Of a DNA stretch of 64,000 nt, positions 24,539 to 38,139 are shown piece after piece. Each line of letters begins with the position of its first letter. Positions within the stretch are counted from its first letter, which is position 1. The translations under genes were made by a program, and so were the position numbers. The notes under the pieces are model-generated. The model made no database searches. It was not told where the DNA came from and worked only from the letters and a program-made list of their open reading frames with translations. This stretch comes from Octopus bimaculoides (lineage: Eukaryota): positions 34,734,036 through 34,798,035 of the forward strand of contig NC_068987.1 in NCBI RefSeq assembly GCF_001194135.2, given 5' to 3'.

Positions 24539-25628
24539 CCTTATATATTTAATACTCTATATTTAATACTCAATATTTCATATATTCAATACTTCATTTC
24601 ATTTTACCATTTATATTACACATTCCATATTCTATATCACACATTAATTTTATAAGAATATAAATAAAACATAAAAAAACAGAGTTGGAACTCTTTTAAA
24701 ATATACATATATATATAAACATATACATATACACATATATACATATATACATATATATATAAATNNNNNNNNNNNNNNNNNNNNNNNNNNNNNNNNNNNN
24801 NNNNNNNNNNNNNNNNNNNNNNNNNNNNNNNNNNNNNNNNNNNNNNNNNNNNNNNNNNNNNNNNNNNNNNNNNNNNNNNNNNNNNNNNNNNNNNNNNNNN
24901 NNNNNNNNNNNNNNNNNNNNNNNNNNNNNNNNNNNNNNNNNNNNNNNNNNNNNNNNNNNNNNNNNNNNNNNNNNNNNNNNNNNNNNNNNNNNNNNNNNNN
25001 NNNNNNNNNNNNNNNNNNNNNNNNNNNNNNNNNNNNNNNNNNNNNNNNNNNNNNNNNNNNNNNNNNNNNNNNNNNNNNNNNNNNNNNNNNNNNNNNNNNN
25101 NNNNNNNNNNNNNNNNNNNNNNNNNNNNNNNNNNNNNNNNNNNNNNNNNNNNNNNNNNNNNNNNNNNNNNNNNNNNNNNNNNNNNNNNNNNNNNNNNNNN
25201 NNNNNNNNNNNNNNNNNNNNNNNNNNNNNNNNNNNNNNNNNNNNNNNNNNNNNNNNNNNNNNNNNNNNNNNNNNNNNNNNNNNNNNNNNNNNNNNNNNNN
25301 NNNNNNNNNNNNNNNNNNNNNNNNNNNNNNNNNNNNNNNNNNNNNNNNNNNNNNNNNNNNNNNNNNNNNNNNNNNNNNNNNNNNNNNNNNNNNNNNNNNN
25401 NNNNNNNNNNNNNNNNNNNNNNNNNNNNNNNNNNNNNNNNNNNNNNNNNNNNNNNNNNNNNNNNNNNNNNNNNNNNNNNNNNNNNNNNNNNNNNNNNNNN
25501 NNNNNNNNNNNNNNNNNNNNNNNNNNNNNNNNNNNNNNNNNNNNNNNNNNNNNNNNNNNNNNNNNNNNNNNNNNNNNNNNNNNNNNNNNNNNNNNNNNNN
25601 NNNNNNNNTATATATATATATATTATTG

Positions 25629-25782
25629 GCGGACTTCTTTTAGTTTCCGTCTACCAACTCCCCTCACAAATTTCGGTCGGCCCGAGGCTATAGTAGAAGA
25701 CAAGTGCCCTAGGTGCCACGCAGTGGGACTGAACCTGGAACCATGTTGTTGGTAAGCAAGCTACTTAACACACGACCACTCC
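25629..25782 (-). mobile_element. SINE family A 5' half
   Basis: cttcttttagtttccgtctacc...cccgaggctatagtagaagac...gtgccacgcagtgggactgaacc...ccactcc. Confidence 0.85.
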
Positions 25783-27742
25783 AACTCTTATCCAAAAGTG
25801 TAAGAAATATCTTCCCAATTAAAATTATCATGATTCAACGGTTTAAAAAAAAGTAAAGGACAGATCTCTGTCATATCGATACTCAAAAATATCGGTGAAT
25901 TTTGTCTCTACTGTTATGGCTTTCGAAATTCTGCATTCATTTTATTTTAAATACTTCAAAGCGATAATAACAAATTTTGTAGTACTTTAAGAAAAGTTTT
26001 GATGTATTTTGAGATATTACATTTAGTATATTTTTTACGGATAGTAGATTTCTTGCGACACTATGAGAATAAGGTTATACATTTTGTCTAGTAAACTATA
26101 CATTCCGAAGTGCCAAAAATATGGAGGACTACATTCTTGGAAAACATTTGCATACAAACAGATGCAACGGCATAAAATTATCGGAAATCGGGTCTAACAA
26201 AATTTTATTTCACATGAAAGAGCTGGATTTGTAAAGGGATACAGGTAATAATATATTTGATACATAATGCATTTTCAAGAAGAGAGATGATACAATGGGA
26301 GGAAATAGCATAGATACGAACAGGTTCACCCAATTAAACAAACTGCTTTGTTTATTTATGTCATCTTCCTTTTTTCTTGAATCCAATTCACTCTATTGCA
26401 TTGTATCACATAAAAGTTAGATATAAATAAACTTGTTTTAAACTATATGGTATCTATGTTTATCTATCTATATAACTATATCTTTGTGGATCTATCTTCC
26501 TATGTTTCTATATATGTATGTATGTATGTATACATGTATGTATGTATGGGTGTATGCATGTATGTATCTATTTAGACATACTGACGCGTACACAAACTTA
26601 CATAAGTATGTGTGTGGTGTATGTATATATATATGTAGCAAAGAGTATCGGCCAAGCAAAAGGTATCGGTTTTCCCTTCCTGCAGGATATTTTTCATAGA
26701 CATTCTTTTCATTAAATTTAGATAGAGTGAACACTGTTTTGGAAAACAGAGTAAAGAATAGTGAAGCTATTACAATTATACACTGCGGTGTTCGAATATC
26801 ACAAAAAAACCCGCCTACATGGATTCTTATATTTTCCCACTTGGAGATATTTAAACATAGAATTTCGTAAGTTTTAAACTCAGCCTGCCCATGGTCACAA
26901 CAAAATCCTGAGATTTGTTCTCCCTATCGCCATAATAGTTATTCGCCAACTTAACTCTGAGTCAATTTACCATATCTTTCTCTGTGTCTATTTTTCACTT
27001 TATCTTTTTCAGTCTCAGTATGGATATATGTGTCTCCGTGTGTATTTATATGTGTGTTTGTGTATGTATATTTGTTTGTATGTGCATCTGTAGGTATGTA
27101 TGTCTCTTTCTGTCCATCTATACATCTATTTGTTGCTGTAATTACTTCTGTCGGTAAGTAATCTTAAATTTGTGTCAACGTGTGCTTACCATTTCAACAG
27201 ACTCTAACCGTAATTTGCACTTGTAATGCTCATATTATGTTTATATCTTATTAATATTCATTTTATATTTGACACTTGAGATAAATGTTTGACAATTATA
27301 TCCGTTTTCCTCATTAGTCATTTGTACTATGACTAGCACAAAGGCTTTCATCGTTAATTCTACTTCTGTAGCCAATAATTTTCTAGTCTCATTTGATTGA
27401 TCATTCAGCAATTATCAAAAGATTTAGCAGGGACTTAATACGTGCTAAAATGTCATCCTGGTCGTATTTATTTCTATGTTCAACATTCATTCGTTCTCTT
27501 ATCAGCTGACTTGCATTCGCTGTTGATCAATTGTCCTTGATAAATGGCTCTCTTCATCGGCAAATGAATTATCCTACCGATTTCTTATGATTTGATGAAT
27601 ATAGTGCTCTTATTAGAATCATTTATTTACTCCTACATGTATACACCACAACAAATGTTTATATACAAACACACATACTGATATATGTATATATACACAT
27701 ACGTATGTATATATGCATATATATACGTATGTGTATCTCTCA

Positions 27743-27789
<47 letters not shown>

Positions 27790-29384
27790 ATGTATGTGTG
27801 TGTTTCTGTGCGTGCGTGCGTGCGTGTGTTTACGTGTATAACACTTCTGAGTTAGCATTGTGTATTGAATAGAATGATTTATTGTTTCAACTTCGTTCTT
27901 GCATGAAGAGGCCTGTTCAAGAAATATTTTCCTAAGATAATTACTTTTGCCTGTTCGTTTAGCATACCTTTATACATTGTATCACTGTATTTTTTTTTCT
28001 TTTTGCATAGCTACTCATACCCACAATTGTACAACTAAAATGAGTAAAACTAAAACATTTATATATAATATTATCACATATCATATAGGGTCAAGTATGA
28101 TCTACATTTTAAAGTCTTGTATTTGATTTGTATGAAGACGACCATCTGGTATTGGAAAAGACAAAGAAAATATTGTGATTTGAATTCAATGTCTCAAATT
28201 GCACAAATAAATACCGTAAGTATTGTTCCAGGGTCATTCCTGTACGTCTATTTGTATGGTCATGCCGTGCATATAATTCCAATAATAGCTATTCTAGGCA
28301 CTAAATAGACATTTAATTGTCCTCCTACTGACTTTCCAATAAATATATATATGCGTTATACGCAGTTATTAGTGAATAGTTTCCATGCCCCTTACAGATT
28401 TGTATTTTTCCATAAAATGATAAACTATATTTCGGACAGCCACGATGATGAGAGAGTGAATGCATCTTAGTTCAGAACGCAACAAATATAGCATAGTAAG
28501 TCTTTAGATAAATATCTTCTTGGATTTCTTAGGAAATATTTAAAATTTGTTCGCATACACAGGGACGTTGCATATTTTGGATGTAGTTTCAGTGCAATTT
28601 CAAGAAAAAATAGAAGATATTTGACAATATTAAATAGAACTGTAAAGCTTGGTGCAATTCTGATGAGGTATATATTAAAGCAGTGTATCTACCTATATAT
28701 CTAACTATCTATCAATTTATATCTATCTATCTCTATCTACGCGAATACTCAAACACAAACACAGACCTACATACACACTCACGCAAACAAACACACGAAC
28801 ACACACAAATACACATACACACACAAATAGAGGAGTTCTTCCAAAACTTTTCCCAGTAGATCCCAACAGTGGTCCCAACCCTTTAATTTCCCACATTTTC
28901 CCACGCACTGCTTTTAATATGCTTATTACCTAAACCTAAGACTTTTTAAAAGGAGTAAGTAAAATACTGTTTTCAATTTATTTGTAGTGAATTAACAAGG
29001 CAAATAAATCTCCAAACTACGTTTATTAATTGTTTTTCACATAGTCATTTATAATGTGGACTTCAAAAGTTTAAAAAACTTAAAACAATAAAATCGTCAT
29101 GATTAGAAACTTCTCTTTCTAGCTTTATAGCAAATACCCGTACGGTTATTTTCAACTTTATACGTAATAGAGAGGAAATGAATATTTTCAATGCGTTTAA
29201 TAAAGTACTTCATTGTCAATATTCAGTTCAGTCGTCTTCATCGCAAAAGATAAGTTGACTAATACTGCCATCCGCTAAAGAATGATAAGATTTTAGGCAA
29301 TTAACGCGTCTTCTTCCAGAAATTCATGCTTAGCTTACAAATAGAAATGTAAGCTACCTTTGTCATCAGTCTAAAGATATGGTT

Positions 29385-29445
29385 CCGAACCTGGGGCCCA
29401 CCGACCCCGGTGGTCCGCAAATATAGTACTGGGTTTCAGTGAAAT
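29385..29445 (+). mobile_element. hAT-type MITE terminus-like sequence
   Basis: ggttccgaacctggggcccaccgaccccggtggtccgca resembles the CAGTGGTTCCCAAC-CTGGGGTCC..GACCCC hAT end; a similar end cagtggtcccaaccc lies at ~28871. No partner TIR or TSD found. Confidence 0.35.
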
Positions 29446-29454
29446 AAATTCAAA

Positions 29455-29491
<37 letters not shown>

Positions 29492-29547
29492 ATATATATA
29501 TAAAATACATACATACATACATGCATACATACATACATACGTAGATA

Positions 29548-30142
29548 TGTCACTGTTGTTTTATCCCGAAGAAATATCCTTTCAAGGTTTCTATACGACA
29601 CATAATCTGTGTTCCTATATCTCGTAACAAGGAGCTCAGCGCTCACCAGCCAGCGCAAAATAACATCTCTGGACTAGTTTCTTGGTTATAAATACACAGT
29701 GTACCGTATATCCAGCTAGGAACGATGTTTGATAGGGTTAAAACACCAGTAACATCGTCCCTTTAAGGATAGCCACATTAAGTTGGCAAATAACATTTAC
29801 CTTAAAGAACTGTTACTGTATGTCTCTCTTTGGGAGATTTAGAAATAATAATATTTCTAATTTTATGTCAGTGGCTGTGTGCCTCTTTGGAAACTATATG
29901 TTCGAAAGGTGAATCCAGCAACGCAATCTACCCATGCAGCTACGCTGTGTTGATAAACGGTAATAACCCAGAAACTAGTGCACATATTTTGTTTTGTCCT
30001 CGATGGCGAAAGCTGAGATCCCTGTTCGAAAATATAAGGACATAAATATTGTGTCGCATTGCCAGTTAGGAACGGTGTTTCTTGGAGCTAAAACAACAGA
30101 AACATCGTCTCTTTCAGAACAGCCACATTATGTTGGCAAATA
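29548..30142. repeat. Fold-back repeat: inverted arms plus an internal direct copy
   Basis: 29548-29689 is inverted relative to 29963-30104; 29712-29792 is a direct copy of 30062-30142. Confidence 0.75.
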
Positions 30143-30600
30143 GCAGAAGATATATTACATTAAATAGCAGTACATATATTACTATTACATTAAATTCAAA
30201 TCACAGTCCTAACTATGCCTGTCATAAAACGAGAGAGAAAATACAGGAAAATAAATAAAATTTATATATTTCTCTATCTCTCTGTTTAATAACTGTTATA
30301 TGACATATTCAATGGTGAAACGCCTTTATGTGATATTGGACGACCTTAATATATGAACGCACAATCAATTTGTACTTTAAGGGAAAGAGTTCTGAGCCAT
30401 ATTATTTCCTTTAATACTCTCAGTTCCCACACTAAGTGCATGAAAGGAATAAATTCGTCACAAAGTTTCATACACTGACTTTCGTGAAATTTCTGACGCA
30501 AAACCGCTCAAGTGCACACATACATACATTCATTCATTCATTCATTCATTCATTCATACATGCATACATACGTACATACATACATACATGCATGAATACA

Positions 30601-30631
<31 letters not shown>

Positions 30632-30635
30632 GTAT

Positions 30636-31234
30636 ATATAGATATAGGGTAGGGAATTGTCAATTAATTAATAAATTATTAATTAACAATTTTGCGTAGT
30701 AGTTCGGTATGCAAAAAAAAAAAAACCTTTATCGGTAAAACTTTTATAAGTTTAAACATAATTTAGGGATCAGCAAAAATTGCTTCACCAACATACCGAA
30801 AATTTAGAAATAGCAGTTAAACTACTAATTCTACTACTACAATATATCTCCAACAGATAGCGATATTCATGACTCACATAGGTAAAAGAAGAAAAATAAA
30901 CAAAACAAACCTGCCGTTAGTTAATCATGTACGCGTTTCATGTCTAGAATTTTATAAAAATTCACTTCACTCATCAGCATGATATTTTAAATTATAAATT
31001 TGAAAATGCTAATAAACTCATGCATATTTGACCATGCGACATCAAACATCACATAAGGAAATCAGCATCTCCAAATTGATATCGACTAGTAACTTCCGTA
31101 TCTGTCCTCAAATTACTCCATGTGCGTCACGAATAGTCCCGCAGATAAAGTTTTTTTGCATACCGAACTACTTGGCAAAATTGTTAATTATTAATTTATT
31201 AATTAATTGACAATTCCCTGCCCTATATCTATAT
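30636..31234. mobile_element. MITE (~600 bp) with ~90-bp terminal inverted repeats
   Basis: ATATAGATATAGGGTAGGGAATTGTCAATTAATTAATAAATT...GTAGTTCGGTATGCAAAAAA (30636-30730) is mirrored at 31145-31234; TA-rich ends are compatible with a TA TSD. Confidence 0.85.
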
Positions 31235-31399
31235 TGATAATCTACTCCTGGATAGTTAAACTGCAATTTTTTTTCTGCGGGACTATTCGTGACACACATG
31301 TGGTAATTCGCAATGTTCTGTTATGAGTTTATGCTGGGCATCTAACTCATCATGAATACGTTTGTTTGAGAAAGATTTTTAATGTAATCTCATGTTCGG

Positions 31400-32760
31400 C
31401 ATCCTTTTTTAATTTTGAGCTATTGATGGTCGTTTTTGCCTTATTAATGGCTTGATTTAAATAGGATTGATTCAATATGATAATAAGTGTATGGAAGCTT
31501 TGTCGGATCCTTGTTTGTCAAAGACAAGTACGATGTGAAAACTCCATCCTCTTAAAAACTTTTATGTATGAATATAACTATAGTACATGTATGATCTTGC
31601 AGATGATTACAAATAACAGATGCAGTTGCAATATCCTCGTACAAAAATAGAGTACAGTGATTAATTGAAAGTTGTTTCTATGAGAGGATATGAATTGCTT
31701 GTGTATGAACAATCTCATATCAATCTTTCTGAAGTCAGTAAGTTTTAAACACAACTATTAAAGATTATTTCTACGACAACGAAGAATGTTCAAGAACTTA
31801 ACTTGCTGCCTGAAAAATCATTCTACAATGCTAAAAACAGAAATGTCTATTTTATAAATAAATGGCATCTATTTCGTGATCCTCCTGCAGAGGATGAAGA
31901 AAAGATTCAGTACTGAACCGTCATATATTAATGCATGACAAAAAATAAAATATCCTTGGCTACTGCTTTATCAGGCATTTCTACAAACTATATTTGCAGA
32001 AAGTGGAGTAACCCACTCTACATATTAATTAAATTTGAAATAAATTGATAATGATACACCAGTCTGTAATATTATAACATGAGGGTAAGTTGCATGTGCA
32101 AGCGCATGTCATTTTGCAGTTTCGAACAAGTTCACGGTGACAAGAAAAGCCAGATCTATATTGATTCTTACAAAATTTTAGAAATTGTGAAGTATAATGT
32201 GTGGACGTACTAATTTACTAACAGAAGATTTCATCATACTTTGTTAGCATTTTCAGTAAGTATTAAAACAGATGTGTTAATAGCTTGATTGATGTAATCT
32301 TACTTTATTTGCTACGCCTGCCACAATAATTTCTTCATTAGTAATGCTGAATTTAAGGCGAGATATCACCGTTGTGAAATACTGAAATTATGATCTATGT
32401 ATCTACCTCATGGAATTTCAAATTGATCAGTGAGAGGTTGTCGTCACTGGGGTCCATTCAGTAGTTGTTACTATTTAAGGAAGTTGAACATTATGATATA
32501 TCCAAATGCTCTCTGCTTGTAATACGATCATTGTTGACAGATGATGCAATATATTTTACCTCCCAAAGAAAGTAACTATAAAATTTATCCTATCCGTTTA
32601 TGGTTCATCCGATGTAATGAATCAATCTCTTTAGCGTGGAACTTTTGGATGGCTTCTACTTTTGTCTTGAGTTTGGCACTATGAAAGGATCTTTACTAGG
32701 AAAGTAAATAAAACAATATAAACACTGAAGACGAATATTTTCTAAAGAATAAATATGACA
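31400..32760 (+). pseudogene. Very degenerate Helitron helicase
   Basis: With frameshifts: NGIYF-DPP..., KNKISLATALSGIS, THST...DTPVCNI, IMCGRTNLLTEDF, YPIRLWF...NQSL, KTNIF. These are collinear with the helicase at 62450-64000. Confidence 0.65.
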
Positions 32761-33289
32761 TCTTTTCTCTTATCTATAATACTCGAAGAACTGTGTTACC
32801 TTATCTCACAGACGTGCATTAATATAAATGTCATAGCTGTCACATCAGCCATCTAATGATTGTATTTTTGTTCTTTGCAGGTGATCAAGAAATATTCTTA
32901 TTGCTACCTGGGATGTAATATCGATATGGGAAAGTTATACAATATTGGCAAATTATACATAAAAACCCATAAAACATCATTAACTTCGTGTAACAACTTT
33001 AGTTCCAATTCACCTTACATTTGAAATAAAACTTTGCTTCTCATTAATTATGATTTGCTGTGTCTTAAAGAATTACAACATGCTCCCATTCATACAAAGT
33101 AATATAATGTTAATAACCAATATTTTACACTTAATCGTTCAATAAATTCCATTTCCTATCGGGCTAGATTGGAGGTTTCAGAACTCCAAAGAAAGTTCTT
33201 GCAATATTATGTTATAATATAATACAGTAGAAATTCAAAGTTCATATTTTCTGACATATAGGTAAAATTTATGCAGACGTTGGCAAACC

Positions 33290-33417
<128 letters not shown>

Positions 33418-33419
33418 AC

Positions 33420-33665
33420 CGCCTGACCAGTGGAGTGTGTCGCTTAGAGGAAGTAAATGTCGTACCAAAGATTCCATAAGATAATATGTCGAAGGAGCAT
33501 TATCGATTCCGGGGAGGCAATTTGCCGACGACGGCCATCCTCTAGTTTTACCGTCTCCGCCACCGCTGGTCGGTCTTTTTCCTTCTTCGTCGCGGGGCCA
33601 ACCCATCCTCACCTTTGCAGTACGCATGATGCCGACCATGCGTAGCGTCTTTCGCTGCCACCTGC
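33420..33665 (-). pseudogene. Possible RTE-clade LINE 3' fragment
   Basis: RKTLRMVGIMRTAKVRMGWPRDEEGKR resembles the RTE C-terminal RLRWxGH..R.AK...W.P..GKR motif; GC-rich. Confidence 0.4.
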
Positions 33666-33667
33666 CC

Positions 33668-33752
33668 GACATGATAACACTTCCAATCAGTTAAGCTGAG
33701 AAGCCATGTGAGCCACTGCCTGCTACTGCATCAGGGCATTATTATTATTATT
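33668..33752 (+). mobile_element. Family D repeat 3' end with (TTA)n tail
   Basis: gataacacttccaatcagttaagctgagaagcc...ctactgcatcagggcat matches 1735-1812. Confidence 0.75.
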
Positions 33753-33785
33753 CAGTAGTTTTATTTTTATAACGTGCTTTCACTT
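33753..33785 (-). mobile_element. R4/Dong-like LINE extreme 3' end (runs into a gap)
   Basis: cagtagttttatttttataacgtgctttcactt is identical to 38790-38822. Confidence 0.85.
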
Positions 33786-33948
33786 NNNNNNNNNNAATGT
33801 TGCTTGTAACGGTTATTCATTTATTTTACTTAGCTTCATTTATAATATTTTTTCTTGTTTTTCTTTTGCTATTTTCAATAAATTTTATTTACAATGTAAA
33901 GTAAAAAGAAACAAAAAACTAATATCCCCGCCGTTCATATTCTTGTCC

Positions 33949-33954
<6 letters not shown>

Positions 33955-34033
<79 letters not shown>

Positions 34034-34048
34034 ATTATTATTATTATT
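33955..34048. repeat. (ATT)n microsatellite
   Basis: Seen directly. Confidence 0.95.
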
Positions 34049-34129
34049 TGTGTTAGTAGTTGCAGCACCGAAACTATGGATGGGGATCAATCGGCTCATT
34101 CATCCATGAAAGTAGAGGCAATCCGCCTG

Positions 34130-35650
34130 AACTGATAAAAATTAATCTGGCTGGAGCGAACATCGATGCCTCGAACGCACATTGCGTCCCAGGGATCTCT
34201 GGGCTTCATCGCCACCGTTGGCGCTAGCGGGCCATCGAAAATTACAAGAAACACCTACGGTCAGCGCCGCCGTGGCAAGCTCACCGTTCACTTGACATAC
34301 GCCTCTCAATCCTGCGTCTCCCGCTTTGCCAGAGAGCCATCTTCAACCGGCCTCCTGGGGGTGGGAGGAAACTGAACGGCACAGAGAGAAACAAAGATAT
34401 AGAACTAACACGACTTCTCTCGGGGAAGAATCCGTGACATCCTTCTGCTGCCGCAGCAACCGCCCGTCCCCCAACGCCACCTGCACAGTGGCAGTTCCCA
34501 CTTCCTATATTCCTTCTCCTCTCTTTATGCTGCCGTCGTAGTTATGCGTTCAATCTATGCGTCATCATACGAGCGTTTATGCTCATGGACGAGGCCTACT
34601 CTCCGCCGCCGTTGATGAGGTGTCGTCGTCTGTGCTTTTCTCTAACGCCTCCTACCACGCTGCCCTCGACTCGGATGAAACCGCCCACCGAACTTAAATA
34701 ATATCGCTAAGCGATACAAAAACTGCTACAAGTTCCACACGAACTCCTGTTTAAATCGAGCCTCAAGACACTCTACGTCCCTTGTACACACTTTACAAAT
34801 TTCAAGTCATGAAATGTTCCATATACAAAATCTCACGTCTCGAAATGATCCATATAACTTTGAGATGTTTCCTCTTGCAAAACTAACCTCCATGTTTACA
34901 AATCTCGTTTCAGGAAACGGCTTGCTTTTCTTCGCCACTATAACACATCATTAATCAATAGTTTCTTTGATGTAATCTTCTTATGTATGCACAAATGTTA
35001 TTCCTCTAATAACCATTTTGCAAACCTTCTTCTTGTACCGTCCTCCATATCTCAGCATAACTTCCTCTACCTTCATTCCTTGAATTATTTCTTTGCATTT
35101 TCTTATTTTTACATCTATAATCAGATCCCATCCCTATTTGCTTTAATACCTGATCCTCTCTATTCTCCTTGTACGTTCCTCCCTACCTCAGCAGCCCACT
35201 CTTGTTCCTTACCTCTTTCTAAGTCTCTCTATAACCAGAAACAATCCTGATTGATTTCACCTCGGTTTAGTGACATACCCAACAACCAGTGATGCTTCCT
35301 TTCACAATACTGACCTATCTTAGCACCTCCCATTATTTTTCCAGCTCTCTTCTGGTCACTTACCCGATTACTGACCTCCCACCCCCTTTTTCTTTTCCCA
35401 TTTGAATCTCTCACACAAAGATAAGAACTGCGATTTGCCATTTTTTGACTCCTAACGAAAGATGCCGGTCGTATATTAATATCTGTATGCAACCATTTAC
35501 TACTTGCTTATATTTGGCTTTTCGCACATTCCATCTGCTAACTATGACCATCAAAATTATTATATGACTCCAAGCTCCCAGAAACAATTATCGAGTTCAA
35601 AATACTATGCATCCTCTCTCTTTCATCCTGCATAATTTATGTCCGATGCA
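34130..35650 (+). pseudogene. Highly degenerate Penelope-like ORF (GC-rich N-terminal part + RT)
   Basis: Collinear remnants KTLRPLV (~34765), SIYKIS (~34820), FDV..L..TNV.P (~34965-35005) and LPFFD (~35435) match the order of PLE RT motifs. Confidence 0.45.
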
Positions 35651-35739
35651 AATTTAAATTGCTTTGTCGACATATATACAAATATCTATATGCTTGTAAA
35701 CATGTGTATACCTACTGAAAACTATTAGTTATTTGTATC

Positions 35740-36081
35740 TTTTAGTCTTTTATTCTTTTACTTGTTACAGTCAATTGACAGCGGCCATGCTGGAGCACCG
35801 ACTTTAGTCGAACAAAGCAACCCCAGGATTTATTCTTTGTAAGCTTAGTACTTATCTTATCGGTCACTTTTGCCGAAGTGCTACGTTACGGGGATGTAAA
35901 CACACCAGCATCGGTCGTCAAGCGATGGCGATGGGACAAACACAGAAAAACAGATATATGCATATATATATAAATATATACACACACAAGGCTTTGGTGG
36001 GCCTGAGAGGACACTTGACCAAGGTGCCACGCAGTGGGACTGAACCCGAAACCGTATGGTTTGGAAGCAAGCTTCTTATCA
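35740..36081 (-). mobile_element. SINE family A, near full length
   Basis: Inverted homologue of 48213-48600, including the internal (TA/CA) block. Confidence 0.9.
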
Positions 36082-36243
36082 TATATCTACGTGTATCGAT
36101 ACGTGTATGGATAACAGCTTACCTGGGCTTGTGTTATTGTCACATTTTACTCATTCGGCCTATTCATTGATCGGGAATTCACAGCCAAGTTTGCAATCAT
36201 TTGAGCACTACAACGTGTTTTCTCTATTGAGCATCTCTACCCA

Positions 36244-36279
<36 letters not shown>

Positions 36280-36295
36280 TCTTTCTCTCTCTCTC

Positions 36296-36328
<33 letters not shown>

Positions 36329-36779
36329 NNNNNNNNNNTATATATGTCTTTCTCTCTTAGACAACACACTCACTCAACTTACTTTTATCAAGAGTAGAAT
36401 GCCAGCATGCCATAGATATCTGCTGATTCGAAGGCTTTCGTTGTAGGAAACATTATTTTAATTTCATGTGCAATTGAATAAAAATAGAAAACTTAAAATA
36501 ATTATACTTAAATTTCTCCCACCATATACTCTGATTTAAAATATCTCCTGCAAGCTTGATCAATTTTCGTTTTATATAATATTTCCCGTATTGGTTTCCT
36601 TTTGTGAACTTCGAACGTACATCCTTTCAAAAGTGAGAACAATCAAATTTGTTATTTCAAAGCATGGGATTTATTTCCATAGATATTAAAACGTGAATTT
36701 ATTCAGTTGCAAAGTAGTTTACATTTCTTAATCTATAAATGTATGTGGGTACACTCTATTAATTACAAACAACAAAACC

Positions 36780-37380
36780 AATGGTAAGTTTACTAGAAAC
36801 GGAATCCCAATGAAGAACTGTCATGCAATATCAATCTATGATATATATAACAACATTACAATAAACCACGAAAGTAAAATACTTTAAACAAGGTTGAACC
36901 TACATGAGCGTGAATTTCAATGAAGATCAAATTTGAAGCTCTAGGAGATGCACAATTTCACATTCAACGACATATATACAAAAGAAACAATAAGCACATG
37001 AAAACGAATACATCCTGTCTACATTCATTAACAAACATCATTACAGTTCCGATACCTAGTATCTATAATTTAATCCCTCATTATAACAGTGTTAAATACA
37101 TGGATGATTTTGGAAATAAGTAGAGAAAAATCAGAAGCTAAACACTATGTCTACACCTGCATATACTTACAAAAGAGAGATAACAAATATCATTTTTCAA
37201 ACATAAACATTTACATATTCTATGGCTTTCAAACCACCCCAGAAGTATATAGAAGACAAAATCCATAAAACATTAATAAGAACTTGCAAACTAAACATGT
37301 TCAACGGAGGACATTGACATAGTAGAAAATTTGAGATGGAAATATATGAAATGGAAAATAATAACCTAAAGGAAACTCAA
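36780..37380 (+). pseudogene. Possible Penelope-like RT remnant
   Basis: NGIPM (~36800), KYMDD (~37095) and SNHP (~37230) occur in PLE order, but the spacing is irregular. Confidence 0.35.
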
Positions 37381-38097
37381 CTTAAGCATATGTAATATGT
37401 GTGTGTGCGCGCGCACGTCTGTTATTGCATTTGTGTGTGAGTGTGTGTGGAAATAGTGTGGAAATATGTATTGTAACTATAAATACGTATATTCACGTGT
37501 ATGTTTAAAAATAATGGGCTATATACATTATAATGTGCCTTATAGACTTACATCTGTTTCAAATATAGTTTTGGCATGCGTTCGTGGTTACATTTAAACA
37601 ATCAATCGATTGTTGCCATATATAATGATCAGAGTCAAACGTAGACAATAGCATTACGATCGTCGTTCACTATATTCTCAATTGATCAATCAACTGAATA
37701 ATTGATTTAATCATGAATGTAAACCAAAGAAAATGCATATCTAAAACTGCTGTTAGTCTACATAGCACAGATAAATGCATAAACCCGAGTATTTTTCCAC
37801 ATTTTGTATTATAACGTGTTTAATTATTTATGCAAAAATACATTTTGTCAGTCGATTTTTTAAGACAGTTTCCAAACATTGTGGCATGGTGTAATTGTAT
37901 CCGTAGATCCACTGTGTATTGCAGGATTGCTTTATATTTACCCTTCACTTAGTATTAGAGAAAAAATAGCACTAGATATAAACAAATAAGTAATTTGGGG
38001 CTAGAAATAAAGCGGGAAGACGTGAAACGTTTCGAGGCATATATCTTAAGCAAAATCTGTAATAAGCCCGACCGATGCTGATGACCTATCGTCACCT

Positions 38098-38137
<40 letters not shown>

Positions 38138-38139
38138 TT

